63,720 bases of DNA, filler included, from Octopus bimaculoides (GCF_001194135.2; 6 parts of 6 records of this genome joined end to end with filler, not necessarily neighbours in it); one strand, 5' to 3'. Numbered from the whole stretch's first letter, positions 1-12,119 are shown. The notes: generated from the sequence alone by a model not told the origin. Program-made: numbers and translations.

Positions 1-59
1 AAAGTATCTGTCACTACAGTGTCGAAATGTGATTGTTTCAGTTAGTGGAATAGTTTCAT

Positions 60-336
60 TTTTAAAGTGAAAGTATTTGACATGAGTGTTTTTGTTTCAC
101 TTTTGACAAGTAATACTTAAATAGTGGAGGAGATATTATGTTGCCGTGTGCTCGAACTCTGCAAGAAGTTATTAATTTTTTTTGACTAAAACACAACTGG
201 AACCCTAAGTAAGGCATGTGTAAAATTTGAATGAAATTGGTTGCGTAGTTCTCGAGTTTTAGGGATTCACACAGACAGACAGACAGATAGACAGACAGAC
301 AGACAGACACACATTCTCATTTTTATATATATAGAT
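60..336 (+). mobile_element. Possible Helitron/Helentron-associated non-autonomous element end
   Basis: 'aaatttgaatgaaattggttgcgtagttctcgagttttag' followed by (GACA)n and an end in 'tttatatatatagat'. This layout resembles HINE/Lep1-type element ends. Pattern recognition only. Confidence 0.3.
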
Positions 337-564
337 GACAAAGGAATAAATGATTATCTTATGAACTTCATAAGTTTACAGTTGTTTCTGCTATAAGATT
401 CAGTGGACTCGTATTTGAGTGTCTAATAACACTATCTAACTCATCAGAGCTTCAAATATCTCCTTTTCTTATTACTGTTGTATACTCATCTAACTCTGAA
501 ACTTATGTGTATTGAGTTCTACAGCAGGTTATTAGTTTTGCAATGCATAAGTGAAATATAAATC

Positions 565-1862
565 ATCATCATCATCATCGTTTAACGTCCGCTTTCCATG
601 CTAGCATGGGTTGGACGATTTGACTGAGGACTGGTGAAACCGGATGGCAACACCAGGCTCCAATCTAATTTGGCAGAGTTTCTACAGCTGAATGCCCTTC
701 CTAACGCCAACCACTCAGAGAGTGTAGTGGGTGCTTTTACGTGTCACCCGCACGAAGGCCAGTCAGGCGGTACTGGCAACGTCCACGCTCGAAATGGTGT
801 CTTTTATGTGCCACTCGCACAAGAGCCAGTCCAGGGGCACTGGCAACGATCTCACTTGGCTTGCTGGGTCTTCTCACGCACAGCACATTTCCAAAGGTCT
901 CGGTCAGTAGTCNNNNNNNNNNNNNNNNNNNNNNNNNNNNNNNNNNNNNNNNNNNNNNNNNNNNNNNNNNNNNNNNNNNNNNNNNNNNNNNNNNNNNNNN
1001 NNNNNNNNNNNNNNNNNNNNNNNNNNNNNNNNNNNNNNNNNNNNNNNNNNNNNNNNNNNNNNNNNNNNNNNNNNNNNNNNNNNNNNNNNNNNNNNNNNNN
1101 NNNNNNNNNNNNNNNNNNNNNNNNNNNNNNNNNNNNNNNNNNNNNNNNNNNNNNNNNNNNNNNNNNNNNNNNNNNNNNNNNNNNNNNNNNNNNNNNNNNN
1201 NNNNNNNNNNNNNNNNNNNNNNNNNNNNNNNNNNNNNNNNNNNNNNNNNNNNNNNNNNNNNNNNNNNNNNNNNNNNNNNNNNNNNNNNNNNNNNNNNNNN
1301 NNNNNNNNNNNNNNNNNNNNNNNNNNNNNNNNNNNNNNNNNNNNNNNNNNNNNNNNNNNNNNNNNNNNNNNNNNNNNNNNNNNNNNNNNNNNNNNNNNNN
1401 NNNNNNNNNNNNNNNNNNNNNNNNNNNNNNNNNNNNNNNNNNNNNNNNNNNNNNNNNNNNNNNNNNNNNNNNNNNNNNNNNNNNNNNNNNNNNNCTTTGC
1501 CCAGGCTATTCTTATTCTAGCAGCTACACTTTCAGCGCACCCCACCCCCCACTACTAACTTGGTCACCCAGATAGCGGAAGCTATCAACTACCTCTAGTT
1601 TTTCTCCCTGGAATGAGATAGAAGTTGTTTTCTGTTTGTTTACAGTGTTTATTGCATCTGAACATCTGCCACATACAAAAACTAACTTCGTAGTTAATCT
1701 GCCTTTGATATTGCTGCACCTCTTATGTGTCCATAGCTTGCACCGGGTACATCTTATAGAGTTACTACCTACTCCTTTTCTACATACTGAGCAGGGCCAT
1801 CTACCTGAAGGGGTTTGTGTTTTATCTACCTTCGTACTTATTAGGGTTTTGGTTTTTGCTAG
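565..1862 (-). mobile_element. 5'-truncated RTE-type non-LTR retrotransposon (ORF2 C-terminus, gap, 3' UTR with (GAT)n tail)
   Basis: Minus strand 1862-1495 encodes an RT C-terminal region (feature below). Minus strand 912-565 is a 3' UTR ending 'catgctagcatggaaagcggacgttaaacgatgatgatgat'. Both parts have the same orientation and are separated only by an N gap (913-1494); treating them as one element is inference. Confidence 0.75.
1495..1862 (-). pseudogene. LINE reverse transcriptase C-terminal fragment with embedded PHD-type zinc finger
   Basis: Translation KTKTLIS...GRWPCSVCRKGVGSNSIRCTRCKLWTHKRCSNIKGRL...FVCGRC...EKLEVVDSFRYLGDQVSSGG, then a frameshift in a G run to GCAESVAARIRIAWAK. Contains the KTK and F.YLG motifs of non-LTR RTs and C4-H-C3 PHD spacing. 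Confidence 0.85.
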
Positions 1863-1959
1863 GTTTAAAATATTAAAATATATGTACACAATTATTAAAA
1901 TATTTGTATATTTATATATGTATAATACAAGAAGGTGAGATTAACTGGTTTAAAGCCTA

Positions 1960-2055
1960 TTCCTTCCTGGTGCAGCTCTCTGGCTTGCCAGTTCCAGTCA
2001 AACCGTCTTAACCCATTGCCAGCATGAAAAGCAGACATTAAATGATGATGATGAC
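1960..2055 (+). mobile_element. Degenerate RTE 3' tail
   Basis: 'ccagttccagtcaaaccgtcttaacccattgccagcatgaaaagcagacattaaatgatgatgatga' is a diverged version of the tail at 565-720. Confidence 0.55.
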
Positions 2056-2079
2056 ACACACACACATACATATATATAT

Positions 2080-2172
2080 GACAGTCTTCTTTCACTTTCT
2101 TTCTACCAAATCCACTCAGAAGGCTTTGGCCTGACCGAGGCTATTGTAAGAAATTCTTACCCCTAGTGCTGT
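2080..2172 (-). mobile_element. SINE family A fragment
   Basis: 'cttctttcactttctttctaccaaatccactcagaaggctttggcctgaccgaggcta' is the reverse complement of the family A body at 4640-4715. Confidence 0.6.
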
Positions 2173-2394
2173 GTACTGGGACATATATATATTCTTTGAA
2201 ACGCTTAGTTTTAGAATGGTGGCAGCTGATGAAGGAAATGTTCTCTATGTGGTCTGTGTGTTTTCTATGCTCTCTTTATCATTTTGTCCACGTTTTTTTG
2301 CAACGGCCGTACCCAGATATGCATCTATATATACATGTAGATGTAGGTATGTACACACATGTACGTATATATGCATATACTCACATATTATTTG

Positions 2395-2434
<40 letters not shown>

Positions 2435-2436
<2 letters not shown>

Positions 2437-2543
2437 GCCAAATTGGATTGGAGCCTGGTGTTGCCATCCGGTTTCACCAGTCCTCAGTCAAATCGTCCAA
2501 CCCATGCTAGCATGGAAGGCGGACGTTAAACGATGATGATGAT
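2435..2543 (+). mobile_element. Young RTE 3' tail
   Basis: Near-identical to the reverse complement of 568-680; ends in (GAT)n; inserted next to (TA)n. Confidence 0.9.
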
Positions 2544-2879
2544 ATATATTCATGAATCTGTGCATCTATGAACAACATGTAGTAAGTGTATGTGATTATA
2601 TATGTGTTTTCTCCATTTACATTGTAAATAAGGATCGGATGGCATAAGAGCTGAGCCTTTATGCCAACCCTTTCAAACATGTTGCATGATAAAATGCAGT
2701 GTTTCAATATTTCATTACCAGCGTTGCTATTTTTATATCATCAACATCATCATCATCATCATTATTATCATTATTATTATTATTATTATTATTATTAAGG
2801 AATCCAATATCACAAATATTTATTTTGTTTCGTATCATTTTGGAAGCAAATATTTATTTATAATTATTTTGAGCCATTG

Positions 2880-2919
<40 letters not shown>

Positions 2920-3149
2920 CGTTTCTTCATAAATGTCAGAAAAACCACAAATATGAAATTGCTATAGTTTTCCATTGTGCATCTTAAATGTTCACATGTT
3001 TGCTGTGATACATCTTAAATATGGGATTTATTCTTATTTTACATCATCAACACAATGGGGCTTACCATGATTTAGCTTAAACATGTAGGGTGTTTGCCAA
3101 ATGTATCTCAAACATGTGGGATATTTTGTTAAGTGTAGTATATGTTGAT

Positions 3150-3670
3150 TACTTATTAAGGTGCATGTTAATATCAGATAGATTTTTGAGGTATATGTTA
3201 TTGTAAGATAATCAGTTGCGGTACTTGTTAATGTGAATAATTAGTAAAGTGAGGTACATATTACTGTAAGGTAATTAGTTAAATATGTTACATGTTGAAG
3301 TGAGATAATTTTTTAACTGTGGTACATATTAATGTGGGATAATTAGTTCAGTAAGGGACATGTTAGTACAAGATAATTAGTTAAATTTGGTACTTGTTAA
3401 TGTGAGATTAGTTAAGTAAGGATCATTTTAATGTAAGATAATTAATTAGGGTACTTGTTATTATGAGATAATTCATGAAGTGAAGTATATGCTAATGTAA
3501 AATAATTAGTTAATTGTGGTGCATGCTAATAAGATAATTAGTTAAGTACGGTTCATGACAATGTAAGTTAACTAGTGAAGTGAGGTACATGTTAATGTGG
3601 GATAATCAGTTTGTTGTTAATTTATGATGATAAACATTATGATGATTAATTTACTGCAGTACATGTTAAT
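3150..3670. repeat. Degenerate ~30-bp minisatellite
   Basis: Recurrent 'gtacatgttaatgt(a/g)agataattagttaagtgag'-like units. Confidence 0.75.
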
Positions 3671-4303
3671 AGGTGGTGAAGATGATGATGATGATAACTA
3701 CCACTTCCTTGGCCAGTGATTAGGAAGATGATTAATGATAAAAGAATAACAGCAGCTGAAGTTACAGAATTAATTATGAATTATTTATTAATTCATTAGC
3801 AGTCATGGTTAATGTTAAAATCACTGTAATGGCTGTTGTAACCATGGCAGCATGTTTCTATAGCCAGATGCCCTTTCTCACATGAACCACTTTACAGTGC
3901 ATACTAGATGCAGTTTGTGGTTTCCCTGATAGTTGATAGACTATCACAGCCAAGCTCTGTGCATCCTGTGTCCATTCTTATTCAGAGTTACTGCCATTCT
4001 ACATGGGTAGCTTGTGATGTGGCTTATAAAGACTGTTTCATTCATGCATTCCACCAGTGTCAAGAAGTGTGAGGAATCTTAGGTATTGAGTGATGTAGGG
4101 GAGTATTTTGGAGAACTATTAACTCATAAGGTTCTGTAGTGTTCTCTCGAAATAAAATTTCTCAATCTTGTTAGAATATAGTAATTTTGACAATGTGCTG
4201 TTGATTTAGTATAAAAATCATAAAAATATAACTATCATATAGATTTGGATGAAAACTTGCCGGTACAATATAATGATCATTGGTGCACATCAGGAATGTT
4301 CTT

Positions 4304-4550
4304 TTACCTGTTGTCATGTCATTGTCCCCTACTCAAACAGGTTGAATATAGTTAAGTTGATTACATGGAAGTATTTTCTCATGTGTGTTTACAAGATATT
4401 AAAAGATGATAATCATTATCGCACACTGTGAATATGGCTTTTACTTTTTATTGATTTTTATTTGTCATGTCCTTTCATTTGCCAAGATAGGTTGAATATA
4501 GTTCAGTTGATTACACATCAATGTTTTCACATATATTCACAAGATATTAA
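4304..4550. repeat. Local tandem duplication (two units here; third unit at 5130-5218)
   Basis: 'gtcatgtc...aggttgaatatagtt(a/c)agttgattac...ttttc...cacaagatattaa' occurs at about 4310-4400, 4463-4550 and 5140-5218. Confidence 0.75.
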
Positions 4551-4554
4551 TATA

Positions 4555-4729
4555 GGCGTAGGAGTGGGTGTGTGGTAAGTAGCTTGCTTACCAACCACAT
4601 GGTTCCGGGTTCAGTCCCACTGCGTGGCACCTTGGGCGAGTGTCTTCTACTATAGCCTCGGGCCGACCAAAGCCTTGTGAGTGGATTTGGTAGACAGAAA
4701 CTGAAAGAAGCCCGTCATATATATGTATA

Positions 4730-4799
<70 letters not shown>

Positions 4800-4823
4800 T
4801 ATACATATATATATATATATATT

Positions 4824-4873
<50 letters not shown>

Positions 4874-5080
4874 ATATTTGTGTGTCTGTGTTTGTCCCCC
4901 CAACATCGCTTGACAACCGATGCTGGTGTATTTACGTCCTCGTAACATAGCGGTTCAGCAAAAGAGACTGGTAGAATAATTACTAAGTTTCCAAAGAATA
5001 AGTCCTGGGGTCGATTTGCTCGACTAAAGGCGGTGCTCCAGCATGGCCACAGTAAAATGACTGAAACAAGTAAAAGAGTA
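4555..5080 (+). mobile_element. tRNA-derived SINE family A, full length, with internal (TA)n/(TG)n microsatellite
   Basis: Head 'ggcgtaggagtgggtgtgtggtaag...ggttcagtcccactgcgtggcaccttgggcgagtgtctt' carries A/B-box-like motifs and a CORE-like block; tail 'ggcggtgctccagcatggccacagtaaaatgactgaaacaagtaaaagag'. At least 10 copies in the window. Confidence 0.9.
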
Positions 5081-5218
5081 TAACAATTATTGATACACAT
5101 TGTGAATATAACTATTACCTGTTGTTGATATTTATATGTTGTCATGTCCTTTAGGTAGGTTGAATAGAGTTAAGTTGATTACACATCAGTATTTTCACAT
5201 ATAGTCACAAGACATTAA

Positions 5219-6293
5219 CCTTTTCGATACTAACCCGGCTGAAAATTTTTTTTGCTCAAACAACGTAGCTGGTTGACTGAACGCATTATTATCTAAATAT
5301 GAATTTCAGTCCAAATCTTGTTTGTACATTTGTGAAAACATGTGATTTCACTTTGTAAATAGTTAAGTTATAGTAACTGACATTGTTTGGCATGATATCT
5401 GACCTCTGTGAATTTTGGGAGATTTTTTTTTCAACTTTTAAAATTGATAGAGGTTTCATGCTATCAAACACTGATTCCAAATTTGAGGGCTTTTCAATGG
5501 AGCATATGAAGAAATCGAGCAAAATTATGAGTGAACTACAAAAGCGCGTGGTGTATGAAAATGAATCGGATATTTCTGTATCCAAAACTAGAAGTAGTTA
5601 TTCTGAAGAAACTGAACACGGCGATAACAACAGCGAGGGCGATTTTACACCTGAACGGAGTAAGAAGTTAAAAACTATTTTTGTGAGGAGACTGGATCTA
5701 CTCATAGTCTTTCTCAGGAAGCGAAACCATTAGAATTCTTTTTCTTATATTTTCCAGTAAGCTTATTTGAATCCATCACTTCAGAAACAAACCATTATGC
5801 AGAATGTAAACAAACTGGAAAGAAAAGGTAGCTTGTGGTTTCTCACAAGTGTAGAAGAAATACGGGCATTTTTGCCTTAAATATTATTATGGGTATAAGA
5901 CAATTACCCATAATTATAAATTACTGGAGCAATCAGGAACCTTTTGGTGATTAGTACATTTCCAGTATTATGTCAAGGACACAGTTTGTGAAATTGAGCC
6001 AGTATTTACATATGAGAAACACTAGCAGTACCCCTGTACATGGAAAACCAAACTTTGATCCCTTATTCAAAATAAGACCCCTCATTGACTGCAAAACGCA
6101 TTTAAAACACTCTACAACCCTGATATATACCCATCTGTCAATGAGGGCATAATGGGGTGTAAAGGAAGAGTATGCTTCCACGAAGTGGGGGATCAAAGTT
6201 TGGAAAATTTGTGAAGCACATACTGAATACTGCTTTGGGTTTAGTGTTTATACTGGAAAAAGGGACAATAATGTTAGGCAGTATGGCTTAGGG
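5219..6293 (+). mobile_element. piggyBac-family transposon relic (PGBD4-like transposase pseudogene), 5' part
   Basis: Begins 'TTAA|ccttttcgatac'. Translation AKPLEFFFLYFP...SVEEIRAFFALNIIMG...YWS...IMSRTQFVKLSQYLH...DPLFKIRPLID...SVNEGIMGCKGR...STKWGIKVWKICEAHTEYCFGFSVYTGK...QYGLG, with stops and frameshifts. Confidence 0.9.
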
Positions 6294-7974
6294 CAGTGGT
6301 TCTCAACCTTTTTTGCCAACAGCACACCTTGGAACACATGGAAAAATAGTAGCACACCTGGCTAAATATATATGAAAAATACTTGAATTTTGCAAAATAG
6401 AAACATGGCGAGTCATAGATGGCATGCAACCATAGACACGGACTAGTCATAGATTGCATACAACCATAGACACAGACTAGTCATAGATTGCATACGACCA
6501 TAGACATAGGCTAGTCATAGACACGTAGAATGACTCAAACTAAAGGAAGAAAAACACAGCTATGAACTTAATTTATTGCAATGTTTCGAATTTCATCAGT
6601 CAAATAGCTAGTTTCTTTTAGTGAGAAATTTGTGCTTGGCTTTTATTCATAATTTCTTCAATGTTTGGTCAAATATGAAACAGACACACCCTCATTTCTT
6701 CTTCCATTGTACATAATCTACATGCTTCTTGTTTTTGATGTTTAATGCTGAGAAGCCTAATTAGCACATATATAAGAAGTTGAAAATTGCAATAAAATTG
6801 CTAAAGCTCTTTTACATATGGGATACTCCTTGAATTGAACTCCAAAACGAGTCAATGGGTAGGGTCAAATATTTTAATTTTAACCCATGGTCACTAGAAA
6901 GGGTGGCCAATTCTTCTTCCTGTAACTCAAGTTGAATGTTGGAAGAATGATTTATGAAAGGATCTCTAATCCAATCATACTTCTCTGTCTTTACTGATGA
7001 AAAGTAATTGTTGATGCTTTCGTCCAGGGCTATCAGATGAGTAACCATAATAGGGATCATTTCTCTAATGCAGATAGAATGCAATAAAGGGAGCATATCA
7101 AGATCGCCAGTGATTGCTCTTTTTTTCCAAATCACAATTTTCTTTTTGAGAGCAACTAACTTGTCTGTTGAAATGAGAATATTTTCGTTTTTACCTTGCA
7201 TACTACTGTTTGTTTTATTTAGTTCACTAAATATCTCTATTAGGTATTCCGTTTTAGACATCCAAAATTTGCAAACTAAGGTATTCACAGAATTTCTCCT
7301 GCTTTTCCTGGAGAAAAAATGATAGTAATTCAAAGAATTACTATCAGTTCATTAACATAATTTAGTACTTTGCTTTCAACAGCCAGCAAACCTCAGTGTG
7401 CTTTAATAACCTAATATACTGAGAGTACATCTCTTTGCACAGTTCAAATAACCATGACTTCGATGGCCTACTTTTTATACAATCGACCATTCCAACAACT
7501 TGATGTAACAAAATATTAAAAAAGAAAAAGCTTTTGTAACTATACACAGCTAAAAATGTATAAATCATCTTCATAGCTTATTTGGGTTTTCTCAAAAGGA
7601 CTCTGAAAATAACTCTAATTTTCAACCATTTTTGGTCATGTCTCAGCAAAAATTAACACTAGAATGAAAAGAAGTATATCATTTGTCTCAGTTTTAAAAG
7701 TAGATTCTATCACAAAAGTGTAAAAAAGATGCATGATATAATAAATCTTGTTTTCTTGCGGGTGGTGGGGTCCCAGCTTAAGACAATTATTAACCAATAT
7801 CCATTCCTATGATTAATATTGATGACGAACAAAACAATAAAAGATATAGAATTTTTAGCATTGTGACATTTGGAAACATTTTGCTCATTCCTAAATGAAC
7901 ATGGATCATGTGGTTTTGCACACTTTCTTAGTGTGTCATTCAAAATTTCACAGCACACTGGTTGAGAATCACTG
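6294..7974 (-). mobile_element. hAT (Charlie/Buster, ZBED8/SCAND3-like) transposon with decayed transposase
   Basis: TIRs cagtggttctcaacc (6294) and ggttgagaatcactg (ends 7974). 8-bp TSD gcttaggg (6286-6293) / gcctaggg (7975-7982). Minus-strand VVGMVDCIKSRPSKSWLF...LLKHTEVCWL, EYLIEIFSELNKTNSSMQGKN...WIRDPF...SFW, and EEEMRVCL...QAQISH*. Confidence 0.93.
6413..6525. repeat. 34-bp tandem repeat (~3.3 copies) inside the hAT subterminal region
   Basis: Unit 'tcatagattgcatacaaccatagacac(g/a)gactag'. Confidence 0.85.
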
Positions 7975-8006
7975 GCCTAGGGTATGATGTCGTCTGGAAT
8001 ATATCA
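7975..8006 (+). mobile_element. piggyBac transposase relic, continuation after the hAT insertion
   Basis: Removing the hAT and one TSD gives 'tat ggc cta ggg tat gat gtc gtc tgg aat ata' = YGLGYDVVWNI, continuing the piggyBac reading frame. Confidence 0.8.
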
Positions 8007-8021
8007 AGAGTGGCTGTGTAC

Positions 8022-8418
8022 ATGCGCAGGAGTGGTTGTGTAGTAAGTAGCTCGCTTACCATACACTTTGTTCTGGGTTCGACCCCACTGTGTGGCATCG
8101 TGGGCAAGTGTCTTCTACTATAGCCTCGGACCAACCAGAGCATTATGAGTGGATTTGATAGAAGGAAACTGAAAGAAGCTTGTCGTAAGTATCTATAATT
8201 ATATATATGTATATGTTTTTGTGTGTCTGTTTGTCTCCCCACCATTGGTTGACAACTGATGTTGATGTGTTTCCATCCCCATAGATTAATGGTTCGGCAA
8301 AAGAGACCAGTAGAATAAGTACTAGGCTTGCATAGAATAAGTCCTGAGGTCAATTTGTTCAACTAAAGCCAGTGTTCCAACATGGCCACAGTGAAATGAC
8401 TGAAACAAGTAAAAGTAT
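8022..8418 (+). mobile_element. SINE family A
   Basis: Collinear with 4555-5080. Confidence 0.88.
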
Positions 8419-8502
8419 AAACGTATATATATATATATATATAAGTATGTGTGTGTATATATATGTGTGTGTGTATGTATGTATATATATATATATATAC
8501 AC

Positions 8503-8559
<57 letters not shown>

Positions 8560-9327
8560 NNNNNNNNNNNNNNNNNNNNNNNNNNNNNNNNNNNNNNNNN
8601 NNNNNNNNNNNNNNNNNNNNNNNNNNNNNNNNNNNNNNNNNNNNNNNNNNNNNNNNNNNNNNNNNNNNNNNNNNNNNNNNNNNNNNNNNNNNNNNNNNNN
8701 NNNNNNNNNNNNNNNNNNNNNNNNNNNNNNNNNNNNNNNNNNNNNNNNNNNNNNNNNNNNNNNNNNNNNNNNNNNNNNNNNNNNNNNNNNNNNNNNNNNN
8801 NNNNNNNNNNNNNNNNNNNNNNNNNNNNNNNNNNNNNNNNNNNNNNNNNNNNNNNNNNNNNNNNNNNNNNNNNNNNNNNNNNNNNNNNNNNNNNNNNNNN
8901 NNNNNNNNNNNNNNNNNNNNNNNNNNNNNNNNNNNNNNNNNNNNNNNNNNNNNNNNNNNNNNNNNNNNNNNNNNNNNNNNNNNNNNNNNNNNNNNNNNNN
9001 NNNNNNNNNNNNNNNNNNNNNNNNNNNNNNNNNNNNNNNNNNNNNNNNNNNNNNNNNNNNNNNNNNNNNNNNNNNNNNNNNNNNNNNNNNNNNNNNNNNN
9101 NNNNNNNNNNNNNNNNNNNNNNNNNNNNNNNNNNNNNNNNNNNNNNNNNNNNNNNNNNNNNNNNNNNNNNNNNNNNNNNNNNNNNNNNNNNNNNNNNNNN
9201 NNNNNNNNNNNNNNNNNNNNNNNNNNNNNNNNNNNNNNNNNNNNNNNNNNNNNNNNNNNNNNNNNNNNNNNNNNNNNNNNNTATATATATATATATATAT
9301 GTGTATATATATATATATATATATGTG

Positions 9328-9361
<34 letters not shown>

Positions 9362-9444
9362 TACATGTATATATATATGTATGTGTATATATATACATGT
9401 ATATATATATATATATGTGCGTATATATGCAACGTGTGTGTATG

Positions 9445-9486
<42 letters not shown>

Positions 9487-9900
9487 TATATGTATATATG
9501 TATGCGTGTATGTATATATATGTATATATATATATGTGTGTATAAGTGCATATATATATATGTACGTGTATATATGTGTATATAATATGTATGTATAAAT
9601 GTGCGCATGTATATATATAAAATACGTATGTGTATATATATATATATCATTGAGTATTTGCTCTGTTTTATAAATTTCAATGAGTTTGTTTTTGATACAG
9701 TTTCCTCATTCAGGTGTTTAATTGTTCCTTAATTATTTTTTCTCCCTCTAATTTTTTTGTATTCTTAGACATTATTGATATTATTTTTATGCCTTTTTTT
9801 TTATTTCTGTAATATAGCCCATATAATAATAATTATAATTGTAATAATAATAATGGTGGAATATACTGTGGTGGAATTTACCAGTCACCACATATATATA

Positions 9901-9977
<77 letters not shown>

Positions 9978-10077
9978 NNNNNNNNNNNNNNNNNNNNNNN
10001 NNNNNNNNNNNNNNNNNNNNNTTAATTAATTAANNNNNNNNNNNNNNNNNNNNNNNNNNNNNNNNNNNNNNNNNNNN
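9978..10077. other. Artificial assembly spacer N44-TTAATTAATTAA-N44
   Basis: 12-mer palindrome with stops in all six frames at 10022-10033, flanked by exactly 44 N on each side. Confidence 0.95.
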
Positions 10078-10142
10078 CAGTATGGTCGCACTCCAGTGAC
10101 TGAAACTAGTAAAGAGTAAAAGATATGTGTGTGTGCCTATAT

Positions 10143-10292
10143 ATGTGCGGTAAGAAGTTTGCTTCCCAGCCACATGGTTCTGGGTTCAGTCCCACTGCGT
10201 GGCACCTTGGGATAGTGTCTTATAATATAGCTTCTGGCCGACCAAAGCCTTGTGAGAGGATTTGATTGATGGAAACTGAAAAGAAGCTCGTA

Positions 10293-10338
<46 letters not shown>

Positions 10339-10563
10339 TTGTATGAGTGTGTATGTATTTGTCCCTCACCACTGTTTGACAACCGATGTTGGTGTGTTGC
10401 GTCACCGTAACTTAGCGGTTCGGCAAAAGACACTGGTAGAATAAATATCAGGATAAAAAAATTAAAAAAAGAAACAAAAAAAACACTGGGGTTGATTCAT
10501 TCGACTAAAATTCTTCAAGGCGGTGCCCCAGCATGGTCGCAGTCTAATGACTGGATTAAAAGA
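10143..10563 (+). mobile_element. SINE family A
   Basis: Collinear with 4555-5080. A separate tail fragment lies at 10078-10122. Confidence 0.88.
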
Positions 10564-10753
10564 ATACACACACACACACGTATTACATATATTTTCCTTC
10601 CTCCCGCTTTCCCTCGCTCCACTCCTCTTCCTACGACTTTCTTTTTTTATATATTAGAAATACCTAAATTGAATACCACCTCCACTAACACCTATACCTC
10701 CACATTTCTCTCGTTACACTCACTAGCTCTACTACTAGCACCCGTGCCTCTAC

Positions 10754-10765
10754 ACTTACCTTGTT
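10754..10765 (-). other. Candidate splice donor (CAAG|GTAAGT) of a minus-strand, probably non-coding exon
   Basis: Perfect consensus donor; the exon would end at 10760. No transcript evidence. Confidence 0.3.
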
Positions 10766-11129
10766 GTACGTTGTTTTCACCGTCAGCACAATATCTCCTA
10801 TCTCTTACACGGACCTCATACACTAACACAAACAACAACGTTTATGTACCTTTCTGGAGTTTGTCACAGACACTCTTGCCTTCGTTGCGTACAATAATAC
10901 CAGCGCCTATACTATTTACGTGTGTTTGTGTGTTCGCCGTGGTTAGCCAGCCACATTTTACTATAGAAATGTAGAGGAAGAATGAGGAGAAATGCTGTTG
11001 TTAGATGAGAGACGGTGGAGTATGGTGTCAGGAGGTGGGTTGGATAAGAAGGTGTTCCGTAAAGTGAGCTCCGTCGTTTGTATATTAAAGAGGCATAGAT
11101 TGTCTGATAGAGAGAGTAGGAGGTATGTG

Positions 11130-11160
<31 letters not shown>

Positions 11161-12119
11161 NNNNNNNNNNNNNNNNNNNNNNNNNNNNNNNNNNNNNNNN
11201 NNNNNNNNNNNNNNNNNNNNNNNNNNNNNNNNNNNNNNNNNNNNNNNNNNNNNNNNNNNNNNNNNNNNNNNNNNNNNNNNNNNNNNNNNNNNNNNNNNNN
11301 NNNNNNNNNNNNNNNNNNNNNNNNNNNNNNNNNNNNNNNNNNNNNNNNNNNNNNNNNNNNNNNNNNNNNNNNNNNNNNNNNNNNNNNNNNNNNNNNNNNN
11401 NNNNNNNNNNNNNNNNNNNNNNNNNNNNNNNNNNNNNNNNNNNNNNNNNNNNNNNNNNNNNNNNNNNNNNNNNNNNNNNNNNNNNNNNNNNNNNNNNNNN
11501 NNNNNNNNNNNNNNNNNNNNNNNNNNNNNNNNNNNNNNNNNNNNNNNNNNNNNNNNNNNNNNNNNNNNNNNNNNNNNNNNNNNNNNNNNNNNNNNNNNNN
11601 NNNNNNNNAGAGGGAGTGGGAGGATGGCGTTCATGTATGTATATCTGTGTGTGTGTGTGTGCCGTAACGATAGTGGCAGTGGGAGGATAGTGTTCATGTA
11701 CATCTGTGTGTGTGTGTTTGTGCCGTAACGATAAAAAGAGAGAGAAAGAATGAGTGAGAGTATGAGTAGTGGCAGCGTGAGGTTGTCGGCAGTGCTCTCG
11801 CTCTCTCTACTCCTACTACCACTGTTGTCGTTTAAGATATTGATGATGATGATGATGATATAGTTGGCCAGTCAGGCTGGCACAGTTGCTAGCAGGTCGC
11901 CTGCTTCTTCTTCTCCTACTCCTCAACATTTCTTGCCAGTTTTTCTCCCTCCCCGTCTTCATCCCCCCCGCTACACTACACTTACACGTCACCCTTACAT
12001 ACTCACTACACTATACAACACATATAACATAGATAGAGGGGGAAAAAAACACCTCTCGTATTAACTACTACCTTCTTAACTCTCTCTCTCACTCTCCCCT
12101 TAACTGCCAACTACAAGTT

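Noticed and set aside
2191-2240. GAAAC followed by CTGATGA (permuted, type II-like hammerhead)
   Set aside because: No stem I hairpin, GUU rather than GUC/GUA at the cleavage position, and stem II pairing is poor.
3942-3963. miR-2-like 'tatcacagcc' seed region
   Set aside because: No complementary 5' arm for a pre-miRNA hairpin, the 3' half diverges from miR-2, and it lies next to a decayed RTE tail.
5383-5733. 116-aa ORF as a host gene
   Set aside because: It is the acidic N-terminal region of the decayed piggyBac transposase.
8322-9680. Long ORFs across N gaps and (TA)n/(CA)n tracts (also 47100-49474, 50296-51441, 53095-54322 and others)
   Set aside because: Open only because N and dinucleotide repeats contain no stops; translations are X or IY/HT/CV runs.
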